A stretch of DNA of 63,965 nucleotides, counting the filler, from Dirinaria sp. TL-2023a (Eukaryota): NCBI GenBank assembly GCA_051941275.1. It is 3 parts of 3 records of this genome, joined end to end, with 100 filler letters (N's around TTAATTAATTAA, not from the genome) between each part and the next. Parts side by side here need not be neighbours in the genome. Positions count along the whole stretch, not along the records: positions 1 to 22,638 come from JAVEBF010000219.1; 2 more parts are not named here. One strand, written 5' to 3'. Below are positions 1-12,175 of the stretch, one piece after another. Made by a program: the position numbers and the translations under genes. Every line of letters begins with the position of its first letter. Positions within the stretch are counted from its first letter, which is position 1. The notes beneath the pieces are model-generated. The model made no database searches. It had not been told where the DNA came from and worked only from the letters and a program-made list of their open reading frames with translations.

Positions 1-696
1 ACCAAATCGGTTTCAAGCACCGTACCTACTGGGGCACCTCCCGCTCCACTCCATCCTACGAATCAAACCTAGCCAGCCTACTCACCGCATTCCGCTCAGA
101 TACACACAAAGAAAAACCCACTACCACAAAACCACTAATCATCCATATCCAGCACCTATCCCGATTCCCCTCCGTTCCTCTTCACGAGGAATACGTCGGC
201 GAAGAAGGCAGCGGGTTCGAAGGGCAGCACGGCGTGGATTTTTTCCCCTTCGCGCGCCCGAGGGACGGGGAAGAGGTGCGGACGAAGAATGTGAATTCGG
301 CGTTCATCGGGACCGATCTCGAGGCACTGCTGCGGGCGAAGGAGATCACGACCCTCGTGGTTGCGGGTGTGACGACCGATCACTGCGTCAGCACGACTAC
401 GCGGATGGCGGCGAATTTGGGCGTCGTCGATTACGATGGGGTCAGAGTAGGTTGCGGAGATGCCAATCCTCTAGAGTTTTTTTTTTTTTTTTCCTTTTGT
501 AAGCTCATTGAAAGCTTGAGCAAATCTGATTCCAATGCAATGTTAGGGACGCATAATACTTGTTGACGATGCTACAACTACGTGGGCGAAAGGCGGCTTT
601 GAGGCTGAGGTCGTGCAGAAGGTCAGTGTTGCAAGCTTGGCCAATGAGTTCGCGGAGATCAGATCGACGGCGGAAGTCCTTAAGCTCTTGAAGTAA
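1..696 (+). CDS. Isochorismatase-like cysteine hydrolase (5' end outside window, one intron at about 441-546)
   Basis: Frame is open from base 3 ([11 protein letters not shown]...). It contains [13 protein letters not shown] and [12 protein letters not shown] (catalytic Cys motif). The last exon reads [13 protein letters not shown]...SLANEFAEI...LK* with TAA at 694-696. Confidence 0.85.
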
Positions 697-1032
697 TGCA
701 CGTAACGAAAAGATTGTATATTCATTGGGAGGGCGTTTCAATTACCATCATCAGAGAAGTCGGGCTGGCCATTCAGCATCGTGCAAAAATAGTACTGATA
801 ATCAAGTCATTCTCGGCAGCTAACACCACCATTCAATTTTCAGGGTATGACTCGTTGATAAATTTATGGTGGACTAAACTGGAGTCTCATCAGTGAGCGG
901 TCGTGCTGCGCACAAAAGTCATACATCTTAATTAAAAGCCCCCCCTCGGAATGGAACAACTGCCTCATCGGGCCTCGCAACTTTGTCAGATTTTCAACCC
1001 TTCCCCACCTTTGATTTCTCCGTTCTTCCAGC

Positions 1033-2654
1033 TCATTCAAAATCCCCATCATCCTCACCGTCGATTCCGAATCCAAAATCCTCGCTTGCGTCATCGTATT
1101 GGTATCCAGATCCATCTTCATACCAAGGGTATCCTCCCTGGCGTCAAGCGTTAGTTTCCTGTAACCCCCTCTAAATCAAGAGTGGAGGCACTTACATGAT
1201 GCTCCCTCCCGTGAGGCCTACGATGATGATGAAAATACTCAGTCGGTACACTTACCGACACGGGCGTGTATGAATAGACCGCAACGCTGCTAGCCGATAG
1301 TGCGGTCAGCGGGGCAGTAGTGAATCCAGAGGACGCGCCAGTAGGGCTTCCAGTAGTCGAATTGGCGATAGTTGGCGTTGGATAGTTGTATTCAGAAGAA
1401 GTGCCGATGGACGTGGCTGCGGTAGTAGGCTCAGTGCAGGTTGTGTCAGATGAGGTGCCAACAGGGCTGACTACTGTACTGAATGTACTGAGGCCATAAG
1501 ACAGGCCAGAGGAGCTACCAGTGGGCCCAGCCGTGGTGTTAGCTGTGACAACGGACGATGAAGACCCGTTGTACGAATAGGTGGGAACGGCTGTTCCTGT
1601 CACGATAGGACTGACGGTGGGGGAGACATTAGTTGGATTAGCCGGAAAGGAGGAAAAGCTATAAGGCCCGGGCCCATGTGGGAGAGAGGAGGTTGTGTTG
1701 GCAGTGATGGGACTGTTGCTGATACTGCTTGAGGCGGCTGTAACGCTCATAGTTTCAGACGTCGTAACATAAGTAGTGCTAGCTGGCGACGTGCCATTTG
1801 GGAAGGTAAAGCTGTACGGATAGACTGAGCCAGGTTTTGAAGTCTCGACAGGTCCCACAGTGGTTGCGTTACCATAGGTAGCGGTCGGCGACTCTCCAGA
1901 GCTCAAAGGACCCGTAGCACTGCCGCTATAATTACCTGTTGGCAATGGTGGTGAGCCCGTACTAGCAATAGTAGGACCTGAAGTGGTCGACGGGATAAAG
2001 GGGGGAAAGCTAAATGTGTATCCATATGTGGGATATGCGGGACCTCCCGTCGAAGCCGAGGAGTTGGATAGAGGCGGAACAGGGGAAACTGCGTAGGAGG
2101 AGCTCGCTCCGGTACTGAGCGGTGCACTGCTGAGCCCTGAGCTCAACGGACCATACGGGTAGGTGGGCAGGACTGGCGCAGCAGAGCTTGAAAACCCGGT
2201 CGGTCCAACCACTGACGAGCTATTGAGAGTTGGAGTGTAGCTTTGGGTTCCGGTAGGGCCAATTGGTGAAGGGGTCACTCCAGTACCGATAGGAAAGGTT
2301 GTAAAGGGGTAGGGCGTTTCACTGTGATTGGAGCAACGAGGCTTAAGTGGTGCATGCAATTGCGCTGAAGTCGTGTCAGTCAGAGAATAAAGCTCAATGG
2401 AAAATAGATGGGAAAGAGATCTGCGTGTGAAATCGCGATATTGCAGATCTCAAAAGCCGAGTAAACGTGCAAGGGAAGCTGGGTGAGGATAATGGATATG
2501 ATATATATTCAGGTGAGATACTTGACCATCGTCCTAAGGGGGAGGTTTGAATAGCTAGAGAAAGGATTCGCCAACTCGCAACATGCTCACCTGGCAGTGG
2601 CTCAGCCCATGTCAAAGCAAGTAGGCCGGTGCATGTCAATAGTTGTCGATGCAT
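1033..2654 (-). CDS. Secreted Ser/Thr/Pro-rich mucin-like protein with His-rich and acidic C-terminal tail (3 exons: 2654-2591, 2364-1196, 1137-1033)
   Basis: Exon 1 MHRQLLTCTGLLALTWAEPLP looks like a signal peptide and is followed by GTGAGC. An in-frame CTGAC...CAG acceptor leads into the 402-aa S/T-rich ORF. A GTAAGT...CTAAC...CAG intron adds GGYPWYEDGSGYQYDDASEDFGFGIDGEDDGDFE*. Confidence 0.7.
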
Positions 2655-3977
2655 TATGTATAAATTCTCAGCCGCTGGATCAGTAACGAAGGAATGAGGA
2701 TGAGTTCGCAACAATTGAGTGTGCCAGCCTTAAAACACGAGTCGAGCAGCTCAATTTATATCTTCGTATGCCTACCTCAAAGCTCGACAAAGCTAGGAAG
2801 TTAGCTCTCCCATTTTCCCCCCGGTCAATTTTTCCGCTTGAGTAGACCAAAAGGATGCACCTGCTTTGGCAACATGCAAGGTGCCAGCGGAGAATTTTGA
2901 AAGCTGCATATATGCTGCTCTCCGTCGGCAAGATTTGGGGATTTTCCTTGTGAGAGATCGGGCCAGGCGGTGATCGTGAATTTCTGCTGATCCTCGAAGG
3001 AAGAGGAATCGCTGGTTACAAGTGGAGCTCTTAAGAGGTTTTGAGTGGTAGAGAGATCTGTAACGTTGAACGACGTTATATCTTCGGACAAGCCAAGGAG
3101 AATCAATTTTTAGAAGTGGTGAGAGGTTCCAAGAAGCTGCCTGCTCAAGTCTCCTTGCGGTCCGCAGGCGGCTGCACGGAATCATGCAAGCACACCCGTC
3201 CGCAACCGGCGGAGGAGAGCCGAAACCTTTACAATGGAGCGGTAGGGTTTTAAGGAGATTGAAGGAGTGCTAGTGAAGGTACAGGGACCAGACGCGAGGC
3301 GACGGAGAATTTTTGACGCAGCTTGCTGCATGTTCAACGGCGGTGAAGCTCGGTGGCGGAGACCTGCTTGAAGCTTCATAGAAATATTTACCAATTTCCG
3401 CAAAAGAAGCAATTAAGAATTGAGGAGCCAAACAGAGAGTGGCAGAATCCCGGACGGGAGAGACTGCTGCGCCATTTTGGAAAGAGGGGACGAATATGAC
3501 GAACAATTTGAAAAACAGGAAGAGTCCCCAAGGGAGGCAACCTACCTGGAGGCTTTTCGCGAAAGATGTGCGAATAGGTACTTTACCGTAGGAGACCCTG
3601 TGCTATGTAGCTGCAACTTTGATAGTTGTACATGATTTAAACGGAGCTGCTCCTTGCCTCTGCCCGCAGCGGGTTGACAGCTTTCGCTCCTTGTTCCTTG
3701 CATAAGGCGGCATCTTGCATTCCAGGGATCTCGATGACAGATACAGGATGTGATCTTTATCTGTATCACAGAATCGCTCTCGAGGCGAGGAGAAACGGGT
3801 GAGTGCTCGAATTTCCATTTTCGACATGGTAAGCAACGGCTAGGATGGATGTAACCCTGGATGTTTTCACGTTTGGAACCCATGTACAGTACCGGTATAG
3901 GAAAGGGAAGGTGGCACCGAGGAAAGAATTGCTCACGTCCTGTAACACATGGATGTCGGTGATCAGTTTGTGGAAAT

Positions 3978-4051
3978 ATGATGACACGATGACAGGGGCA
4001 TGATGACAGGACATGATGACAGGATGATGATGACAGGATGATGATGACAGG
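3978..4051. repeat. Imperfect minisatellite, about 6 copies of (ATG)ATGACAGG
   Basis: atgatgacacg atgacagggg catgatgacagg acatgatgacagg atgatgatgacagg atgatgatgacagg read directly from the sequence. Confidence 0.85.
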
Positions 4052-4606
4052 GCATCCCTGAGATCCCGGAGAGATCCAAGCTCGCCAAAGCTCCAAATTC
4101 CCCGGCTCTACCAGTTACCTGCGTTAGTACGGAGTTACCCGGCTTGGCATCAAGCTTCCCCTGTCCGCTCTCTCGCCCTATCCCGCTTCCTCTAATGGCC
4201 GCCACTTGCTTAGGTAGAGATGCTAACTGAAGCACCAGCGTCATTGAGTTCATTTTCTCCGCTTTTTAGAAAACCAATTGACCTCACTCCTGACCTCATC
4301 ACCGCCTTTACATGGTACCTTAAGGTATGCCCAGAGAACTGTCCACCAGGGAACATCAGTCTGATTCGTGGAATCCGGCCAATGATCCACCCCGAAATGG
4401 AGGACTTCACTGTAGTTCCCAGCGGGTTTCAGTCGCATCAAGACGTCATTCGCTATGACTTAGATGGCGCCGACCGTCTTCCAAGCGACTACATAAATCG
4501 AGGCTCCTCCCGGATTCCAGGTAGTGAAAAGTTTTGAAGCCTGAAGTCTGTGAAAACCCCTATCAACCTTTCCCATACCTGTGGATTTCAAATCTCCCAC
4601 ACCACA

Positions 4607-4956
4607 ATGGACAACATTAACAACACCGCCGAAGACATCTCCAACAAAGCCGCGGGCCACAAGGCGAATCTTGCCAACCCAAGTACGTACCGCTCGTCTT
4701 TCTCTTCAATCATATCCCTCACCCCCTGAACTTAACCTAATTCGGCAAACGTTCAGACACATCTGAAGCCTCCAAAGCCAATTCCAAGGAGGTCCTTGAG
4801 TCACTGGATAAGCCCTTCTACGGCGACGAAGACCAGAATGCTTCCAAGAATCCCAACCAGGTTGCAGGAGGGTTGAAGGCCGCGATTAACAACCCAAACA
4901 ACACGGAAGCGGGGACGGAGGCGGCGCAGAAGAAGCTGGATAGTCTGAGTAGCTGA
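4607..4956 (+). CDS. con-6: Conidiation protein 6 (Con-6) family hydrophilic stress protein, intron 4683-4756
   Basis: Spliced product MDNINNTAEDISNKAAGHKANLANP|NTSEASKANSKEVLESL...KNPNQVAGGLKAAINNPNNTEAGTEAAQKKLDSLSS* carries two Con-6 repeats (GHKANLANP, GGLKAAINNP). Missed by the ORF track. Confidence 0.85.
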
Positions 4957-5946
4957 TTTGAGTCTAATTTGTCGAAATTCGAGTGTAGGCTAGATCAATA
5001 TCAACCGAATAGATCAGTAATTCCAATCAAAGGCTTCTAGGACAACTCGATCTTGTGTATGAATTTTTTAACATGCCGTAGGTCTAATCGTGATGGTTCT
5101 GGCACCTTCCGTCCAGTGTGTTCTCGCTCACACGGGCCATGACGTTGGCAGAGCATTGTATGTATACATCCGAGCAAATATTCCCTGAAAAAGAGAGAAC
5201 AAGAGAATAAGGGTCCAGGGATCAGGCAGAGACCCTTAAAAGTGACTGTTTCCTATGTGTCGGGACCGACGTCTAACAACAAGGAGCCTCGGGATGAATC
5301 AAATTGGCGAAACAAAAATGAAACATACTGTAGAATTCGCTTGATTGTGGACTACGGCGCTGAAGACATCGCGAATGCATGAAGCTGAACGATTTAGGAG
5401 CAAATGGTAGAAAGTATTGTTAGACAGCTGAACATCATGTCATAACCGATGAGTCAAGGTATGCATTTATTCAAGTCAAGGACGATCAGCACTGACCAGA
5501 AAGCAGCGACTTGAGCGCTCTGGAGCAGGAAACTCGTTTCTGATTCGTTACTGATGGAGTCGGGATGTGTTCAAGGCAGTGGGCATCTGGTGATAAGTTT
5601 TTATCTCTTGATTGTAAAAGAGTACGATGTGAACATTTGAGCTTATGATAACGAGATTAATGATCTGGAAACGATAAGACATGACAAGACACGAGAGTTC
5701 CAAGAGAAACTATACCAAGGAGTACATCATCGTAATTAAATCAGTAAAGCACACTAGGTTTATTGGTGAACAGAAAAAAATTCACAGAAACCTCCCTTTT
5801 CCTTTTCGGGTTCATCGATTTGTTTAGGAGCATTCTTCAGTCTTACCCTTCGTCCTGAAAAGCAGTATGACAGCTTTCAGCCGCTACACAGTGTCAATTT
5901 TCGTAGTACCTGACAACGGCTTACCAGTTGTTGTCCAAGCAATCCA

Positions 5947-7768
5947 TCATGCCTTTTTCCCGTTGACCAGAGCCTGGCTTGGCTGCTGCTGCTCTTGTTG
6001 CGATTGCATCTGCGCCAGCCAGTTCGGCGGCTTGATGCCAGTTTGGTCATCGATGGTGCTCAATAGTGGTGGTAAAGCCTGCAGAATATTTCTGATTGGC
6101 GCAGCCGAGTCACTGCCACCGGCATTCTCGCCGGTATTCCAAACAGTGATTTTCGGTTGTAGACCATTAATGGCTTTTGCGTTGGCTTGGGCCAGCTTCT
6201 CGTAGGTGTTGTTTTCGAGCATCATGTACTGAAGCAAGCCTTGTGGTCCACCAAGGACGGAGGCCATCTTCTCATAGGCTTTGGCCATCTCGGTGATTCC
6301 CTCTGCTTCCTTCTTCTTTGCATAGAAGGAGGCTTCGGCTTCTTTGGTGGCTCGGATATAATTCGCTTCTACCTCTTGCTTTTTTTGATAAACCAGTGCG
6401 TCGGCACCTTTGACCACCGCCAAGAACTTGGCCTCGGCTTCCTGTTGTTGCTTGTAAAGATGGCCATCAGCATTCTTGTTTTCAGCATACAGTTTTGCAT
6501 CAGCCTTTTCTTGAGCGGATTCTCTTTCGATCTTGGCATGTACAACGTCCGTTGCGCGCCTCTTTTCGAGCTGCATTGCTGCACGTCGAGTCTCGACGTT
6601 TTTCTGAAGCTCTGCATCTTGGGCTTCTGCTTCGCGGGTCGCTTGTATCTTTGCAAGATTGATGCCCATGTCCAACTTTGTTTGAGTGGTCGTGAGTTCA
6701 GCATCGGCCTGGGCCTTTTCGCTCTTACGTTGCGTCTCGAGAACAGCGGTTGCAGCATCAATTTTACTGATCTCCTGACGGGTTTTGCCGCGCTTTTCCG
6801 CCTCACCTGATGAATTAGCAAAGATTAGCAGTGTTTCAGAATATACGAGCACGACTCGCAGATCCTGTTCTCCGCGCACAGACGGCGTCCTGGAATGAGT
6901 AGTGACGCTTGAACGCATTGAAACTACCTTCGGGTGCGTTTGGCCACAAAATGACATTCATCAAGTGCCCACACTCGAACTCGGTCATGTCGTTGGGTTC
7001 ACGCTATGGCACGAAACACAAAGGCAGGGCCGAAGAACACCTACCAATATTCCCTATCATTTGCGCATTGGCGACATCAATCTTGGCTTGATTGGAAGCA
7101 CCTTCGTGCGCTTTACGGCTGAGAAACTTGAAATACTCGCTACCAGCCGTATCTTGAAGTTCTTTGACATTGGCATTGTATCTGTACTCAGTTAGCACGC
7201 TCGACAGGTTGGAAATTTCCGACGGCTGAAAAGGCACTGCAGGCTGGAAATGGTCTTTAAATAACAGAATCTGTTCGCGATGGGCAAGGTTCAGAAGGGT
7301 AGCTCACATTCGAAGACCAAACTGGTTCAGCTCGCTTTGCACATTCTCAATGACTTTTGTTTTGAAGACTTGGCGCTCTTTGAAGATCTCTTCCATAGTC
7401 ATGCCTGAGACTATGACTCGCGTCTCTCCTTCTATGATACCTTTGACGATATCCTGGACGTGATTCCGGCCAGTCGCCGTGGCCTCGTGTTTTTGAGCAT
7501 TCGCAACTTTCCCGGTGAGAATCTTCGCATATTTGCAGAGAGCTTCAATGTGATCATCCGGACCGATGGTGAAAACTGCGGGCAAGGAGAACTGTAGTTT
7601 CTCTATGGTCATCGCTTGGAGAGTGATCTCGAAGTCGAAGGGACTGATAGAGATCCTGCTATGTTTCTGCCATGGATAGACCCATGCTTTCTTGCAAATC
7701 TTAACGTCCTCAATGCCACCACCTGTGACAACAAGGTACGAATTGGCGTCAGAGACATTGTACCCCAT
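5947..7768 (-). CDS. floA: Flotillin-like SPFH/band-7 protein (exons 7768-7308, 7181-7045, 6806-5947)
   Basis: SPFH N-terminus (YLVVTGGGIEDVKI...FSLPAVFTIGP...IIEGETR...GLRIYNANVKELQD), an Ala/Glu-rich coiled coil and a C-terminal NAKAINGLQPKITVW. Splice phases are consistent. Confidence 0.9.
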
Positions 7769-8938
7769 ATCTACAGCACGATTTCAGGCGTTGGGTAGTC
7801 AGCTGGACCCGGTTTTCTTGCCGGCCACAGCAAATGAAGGATCTGTCTTTAATAGCCACTGGGCTAATAGATAGCAGACTGTTCTCAATCAGATTCACAA
7901 GCCAGAACAAGGCCAGATAGGACCGCAGATTTGTTAGTCAATGCAGCAGGTAGTGAGAAAGTGTAGCCATTTTATATCTGTAAGATGGGAGGCTGATGTC
8001 TACGTTAACGATGGCCCAAAAAGCCTCGTCTTAGATACCATGTGATCCCAACAATGCAGCATACCGTAGATAATGCCGCAAGCTGTAGTAGTGTTCCCAT
8101 GAAGTGCCCGTCCCCAACCTTCCTGAGGTTCTCGTTCGGTTCTAAATGTTCTAGTTCGTTTTCCGATTTCAATCCCACCAACAGGTTCGGCAAGCCAAGC
8201 CTAAGCCTTCCACTAATCTTTTCTTCCGACCGAGTCTACTTACCTCCCAACTTAGCCCAAAACCTCTGTGATTATTTCTTTGAAAGATCCCCCATAAATC
8301 ATAGCTCTATCTGGCGTGACCTTAACCACGAGGTATTAGTAGTAGTCCTATGCTCTCTGGCCGGAAGTAGCTCTCTCTCCTAATTGCTGCGTTCTCAAAA
8401 CCTGAGGTCAGGGAAACGTCGGCTTCTCAGTTCTCACAGCCTCGTGCCGATGGCGCAAGGCTGGGGTTGACCCCAACATTTAGATAAAATAGCGGCCGCA
8501 TGTCGAGTCTGCAAGCCATCGTGGTGTGAGGCATTATCCTCGCTAGTCGTTGGATGTTGTTAGACATACTCGAGCGCTGTAGGCTTCAACCGTTGCTGCC
8601 TTGCTGATCCAAAGCCCATGTGACTGCGTTGGTTGCTCAACTCAATTGCTGCGCGACCCGGGCGGCTCGAATCAATCTCCGCCTTTTTCTGCAGCACCGT
8701 CGAGGCAGTCTCCTGGTCGCACTAGTAGTTTCAATGCACATTAGTGAAGTATGTAGGAAGCCAAAAGAGCCTCGGGCGCGACACTGCATGACATACTCAT
8801 CCGTGTCTACAAATCTTTCATCTACCTTAGTCTTACCAGAAGCGCTTGGCTGAAAGAGTCTCCCTTCATCTGCAACCCGTCAAAAGAGCTCTATGACCCC
8901 ACATTGTGAGTCATCTACAATCGCTGCACTATCGCAGC

Positions 8939-9568
8939 ATGGAAAAGACAGGATCCGAAGCTCCTCCACCATCATACTCTGAAAGCCTTTCCGCGCCTCG
9001 GCCTTCGAGCGCGCTCACTGGCGCCGTCGATACTCATTTCCTCCCTCATGTACACAGCGCCATCGTTAACCAAATAGCCTCGACAATCCTTGTCGTGGTA
9101 CCATCAAATGTCTCAGCCCTGAGTCGAACGGCTGAAAGTCCTTCGGAGAAAGAATCCACCCCCTCAGCCTTCCCTGGCGAAACCTTCGTTGGCTTTTCTG
9201 TCTCGCCCACGGCCATCCGCCTCTCCGGCGCAGAAAATAGCCTTGAGTTCTGGCGACGACCCGCAGTCTTGAAGGAGCTAGAACACCGGCTGCGGAGGAC
9301 GCTCGAAGATGAAGGTTATTCAATTGTTCACAGAACGCCTAAACCGCAGTCGAACGCTACCATAGCGGGTTCGCGCAACGTCGACTGGAAGAGCCAGGAC
9401 CTGAAGGTCCTCGGCGATGGCGAGGCAAAGATGTCTGCGGAGGTCGAGGAGATGTGCTTGCGGATCGAGAACGAGATGGGGCTTTATGAGACGAGGACAG
9501 GGAAGGCTGTTATCATTCGAGTTGAGCTTGGGATACGAGAGCACCAGGATACAGAATGGATTGAGTGA
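8939..9568 (+). CDS. Hypothetical fungal protein with an N-terminal PPSY motif
   Basis: Uninterrupted 209-aa ORF from ATG at 8939 with protein-like composition (LEFWRRP...EEMCLRIENEMGLYETRTG). Confidence 0.6.
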   Translation: MEKTGSEAPPPSYSESLSAPRPSSALTGAVDTHFLPHVHSAIVNQIASTILVVVPSNVSALSRTAESPSEKESTPSAFPGETFVGFSVSPTAIRLSGAENSLEFWRRPAVLKELEHRLRRTLEDEGYSIVHRTPKPQSNATIAGSRNVDWKSQDLKVLGDGEAKMSAEVEEMCLRIENEMGLYETRTGKAVIIRVELGIREHQDTEWIE

Positions 9569-10253
9569 GCACTCCCCATTTTTGACCATTGGAAAATCAT
9601 CAAATAAAGGTCAATTGCCTAGAAAATTGGTCAGTATATAGATCTTGAAAATTAGACTTGCAAAGGGGCTTCCTTTACGTAGGATATGCTCCCTCTGCCT
9701 TACTTATTTTCATCAATTGCTATACCAGGCCCCCCAAAATCGCTTTCCACGCAGTATCGCGTAGTGCAGTATCTTAATTTCACACTTCCATAATATTATG
9801 GGAGCTCTCCGTATCGATATGATAGTGATAGACCCATGCTGTGTCGAATAGCCCAAAGCCTCTCCTGCTTCAAGTCGTCAGATCGTAAGTGTACAGTATC
9901 TAGTTGCTCTGGATTACCATGTATGATAAGTGGATCTGCCAATTGCGCGCTACTCTGATGTCCAGAAACCACAATTACGTTTCAGAGACTTTGACAGTGA
10001 GTAGCGAGTGGCGCTCCTGAAGCATGGCCTGCTCTCATGACAGGATCTTGCAACAAGCATCGTAAAGATACTTGAAACCGCGTTTGCAAATTGAAAAATT
10101 ACATGAAACGAGACTGTAGAAGACATCTCTGACCTAGGACTATACAAATCGCGTAAGCATTATCGAATTCCAAACATCATTTGCCGAAGAGCGCAATTGC
10201 AGAATCCTCTTCCGTTCATGAAGTAGGCAATATCAAGAAGTCAATGAGATAGT

Positions 10254-11442
10254 TCAAGATTGGCTCTGCTCTACCATCTGAGCAGCTTTTTCCGGACGCA
10301 TTGCATTCCCAACCAACCTTCCAGCGCGGTGCCTCAAGCGATTCTGCCACCACATCGGCATAGCCCTCAGCGGCCACGCAAGCCAGGCAGCGGCCTCGGG
10401 AACGAGAACAATCCCACTGCTGCCGCTCAGAATCTTCTGAACCACTTTCTCAGCCACCGTCTCTACCTTCTGCATCGGCATGAGAAATTTATCAGCCACT
10501 TTGACGGTCTTCGTCATGCTCGTTTCCGTCCAGTTGGGCATCACGCACACCGTGCGCACTTTCGGCGCATTGTAAATGGTAGCCAACTCGGCCGCCAGCC
10601 CCTCGTGGAAAGAGAGCGCGGCGGCCTTGGTGCAACAATAATCCACGATCTGAGGCGTGCTCCCGACTGCGGCTGTTGAGGCGACCGTTACAACTGTGCC
10701 GTGGTTGGCTTTGACCATGGAAGGCAGGAATTCGCGCACGAGGCGGAAGTGAGAGAGGATATTGACATCGAAAACGCGCTGTACTGCAGCATCAGAGGAG
10801 TTGATGATGGCCAAGCCCGAGGCTGTGCCAGCGTTGTTGATTAGGATCGTCGGATGGCCGAGAGTTGACCGGATGGACGCGGCGGTCTCGGTCACGGCTT
10901 CTGGTGAAGTGATGTCGCAGGTAAAGTGGTAGATGTTTGGTCCTAAAAGAACGGTTTAGAAATTTTCGAAGACAGTTGACGCTAGGTTGAGCATACGGGG
11001 CTCGAAGGTTGGAGGCTGAATGTCCAGCGAAGCGATCTTGCAACCCTTCTCTGCCAGGAGCCACGAGATGTGCTTCCCTATGCCATCGCTACCTCCGGTG
11101 ATGATGACCACTTCTCTGATCCAATCATACTTCGCCTTCTTCCAATTGTCCTGCGAGCCTCTACTGAGGAAGCCATTGACCGATCGAGCAATCCCGATGT
11201 AGAGGAGAATCTTGAGCCACTTCAAAGCTGCTGTATAACGTATGGAAAAATCTTGACCTTTGCGCGTGTAGTGCGCGACAAGAAGCAAGGGCAAGGTCAG
11301 AGCGGGATTCAAGGCGGTGTTCTTCACGATATGACCGACGACGTCGGCTGTGAAGCCTAGGACCCAGTCGTCAGTGCAATCGATCGACAATGAGAGCTTT
11401 GGACTAACCTTCGCGCGGCAACCAAGTTCTTCTAACAGACAT
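10254..11442 (-). CDS. Short-chain dehydrogenase/reductase (17-beta-HSD11/RDH10-like, membrane-anchored), 3 exons
   Basis: TGGSDGIG nucleotide-binding motif, LINNAG, catalytic Ser and YCCTK (YxxxK). Exon 1 is MSVRRTWLPRE followed by GTTAGT. Confidence 0.9.
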
Positions 11443-12175
11443 CTTCGCCTTCGGTAGGTAAAAGTTGCTACATGATCTCTTCCTTCGTCTTCACTGCTTC
11501 AACTCTTCAAGACACCGGACAGCGGATCGGCACTAGAGCAAAGTGCCGAGGTATCTCGTACACTACTCAATGATTCATGATGATTTTCTAGAGTCCTCAT
11601 GGCTTTGGTGCTCTCCACTATGTTCATCTTCAAAGGTCCAACCGCTCATCATAGCATCAGGCGATCGCCTAGAAGCAATTTTATGAGTATGACAATTTCT
11701 TGTTCAGGATAATCTAAGGTATGTATGTACGCACTCCAGGGGTACCTTAGGGTTCTACTTCAATAGGTACCTTATGGAGTACCCGCTTAGCCACTACGAG
11801 GCCCGCGAGGTACCAGGGATTTAAAGTTGTGGCTGAGGCGGCAGATCGCCATGCGCTGTGGCTTGGTTGGTGTTTCTTCTTGTTCGCGCGTCATTTCCTT
11901 GATTTGCTCCTGAAGATGCCCAAACCCAAACAATTCACTCTTTGTCATTCCTTCTTCTGTAACGCTTGGCCTGTTTCCACAGTACATATTCTGAATCCTA
12001 GCCACCTCTCCGGCTTGAAACCTTCTTTGTCGTATACGTATTCTTATTTTCTTAGGCCACGGAGCTTTATGACATTGCCCAAGCGTGTTGCTGCCTCTGT
12101 GTACTTCATTCTTTAAGGTGCTCGTACCCAAGTCACACCATACGAGCACCTCGTGACAACGGCTAGTTGTTCACC

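Noticed and set aside
864..1121. 85-aa minus-strand ORF as a separate gene
   Set aside because: Overlaps, in another frame, the spliced last exon and 3' UTR of the Ser/Thr-rich gene.
3978..4051. ATGATGA copies as snoRNA C boxes
   Set aside because: They belong to a tandem minisatellite, with no convincing D box or terminal stem arrangement.
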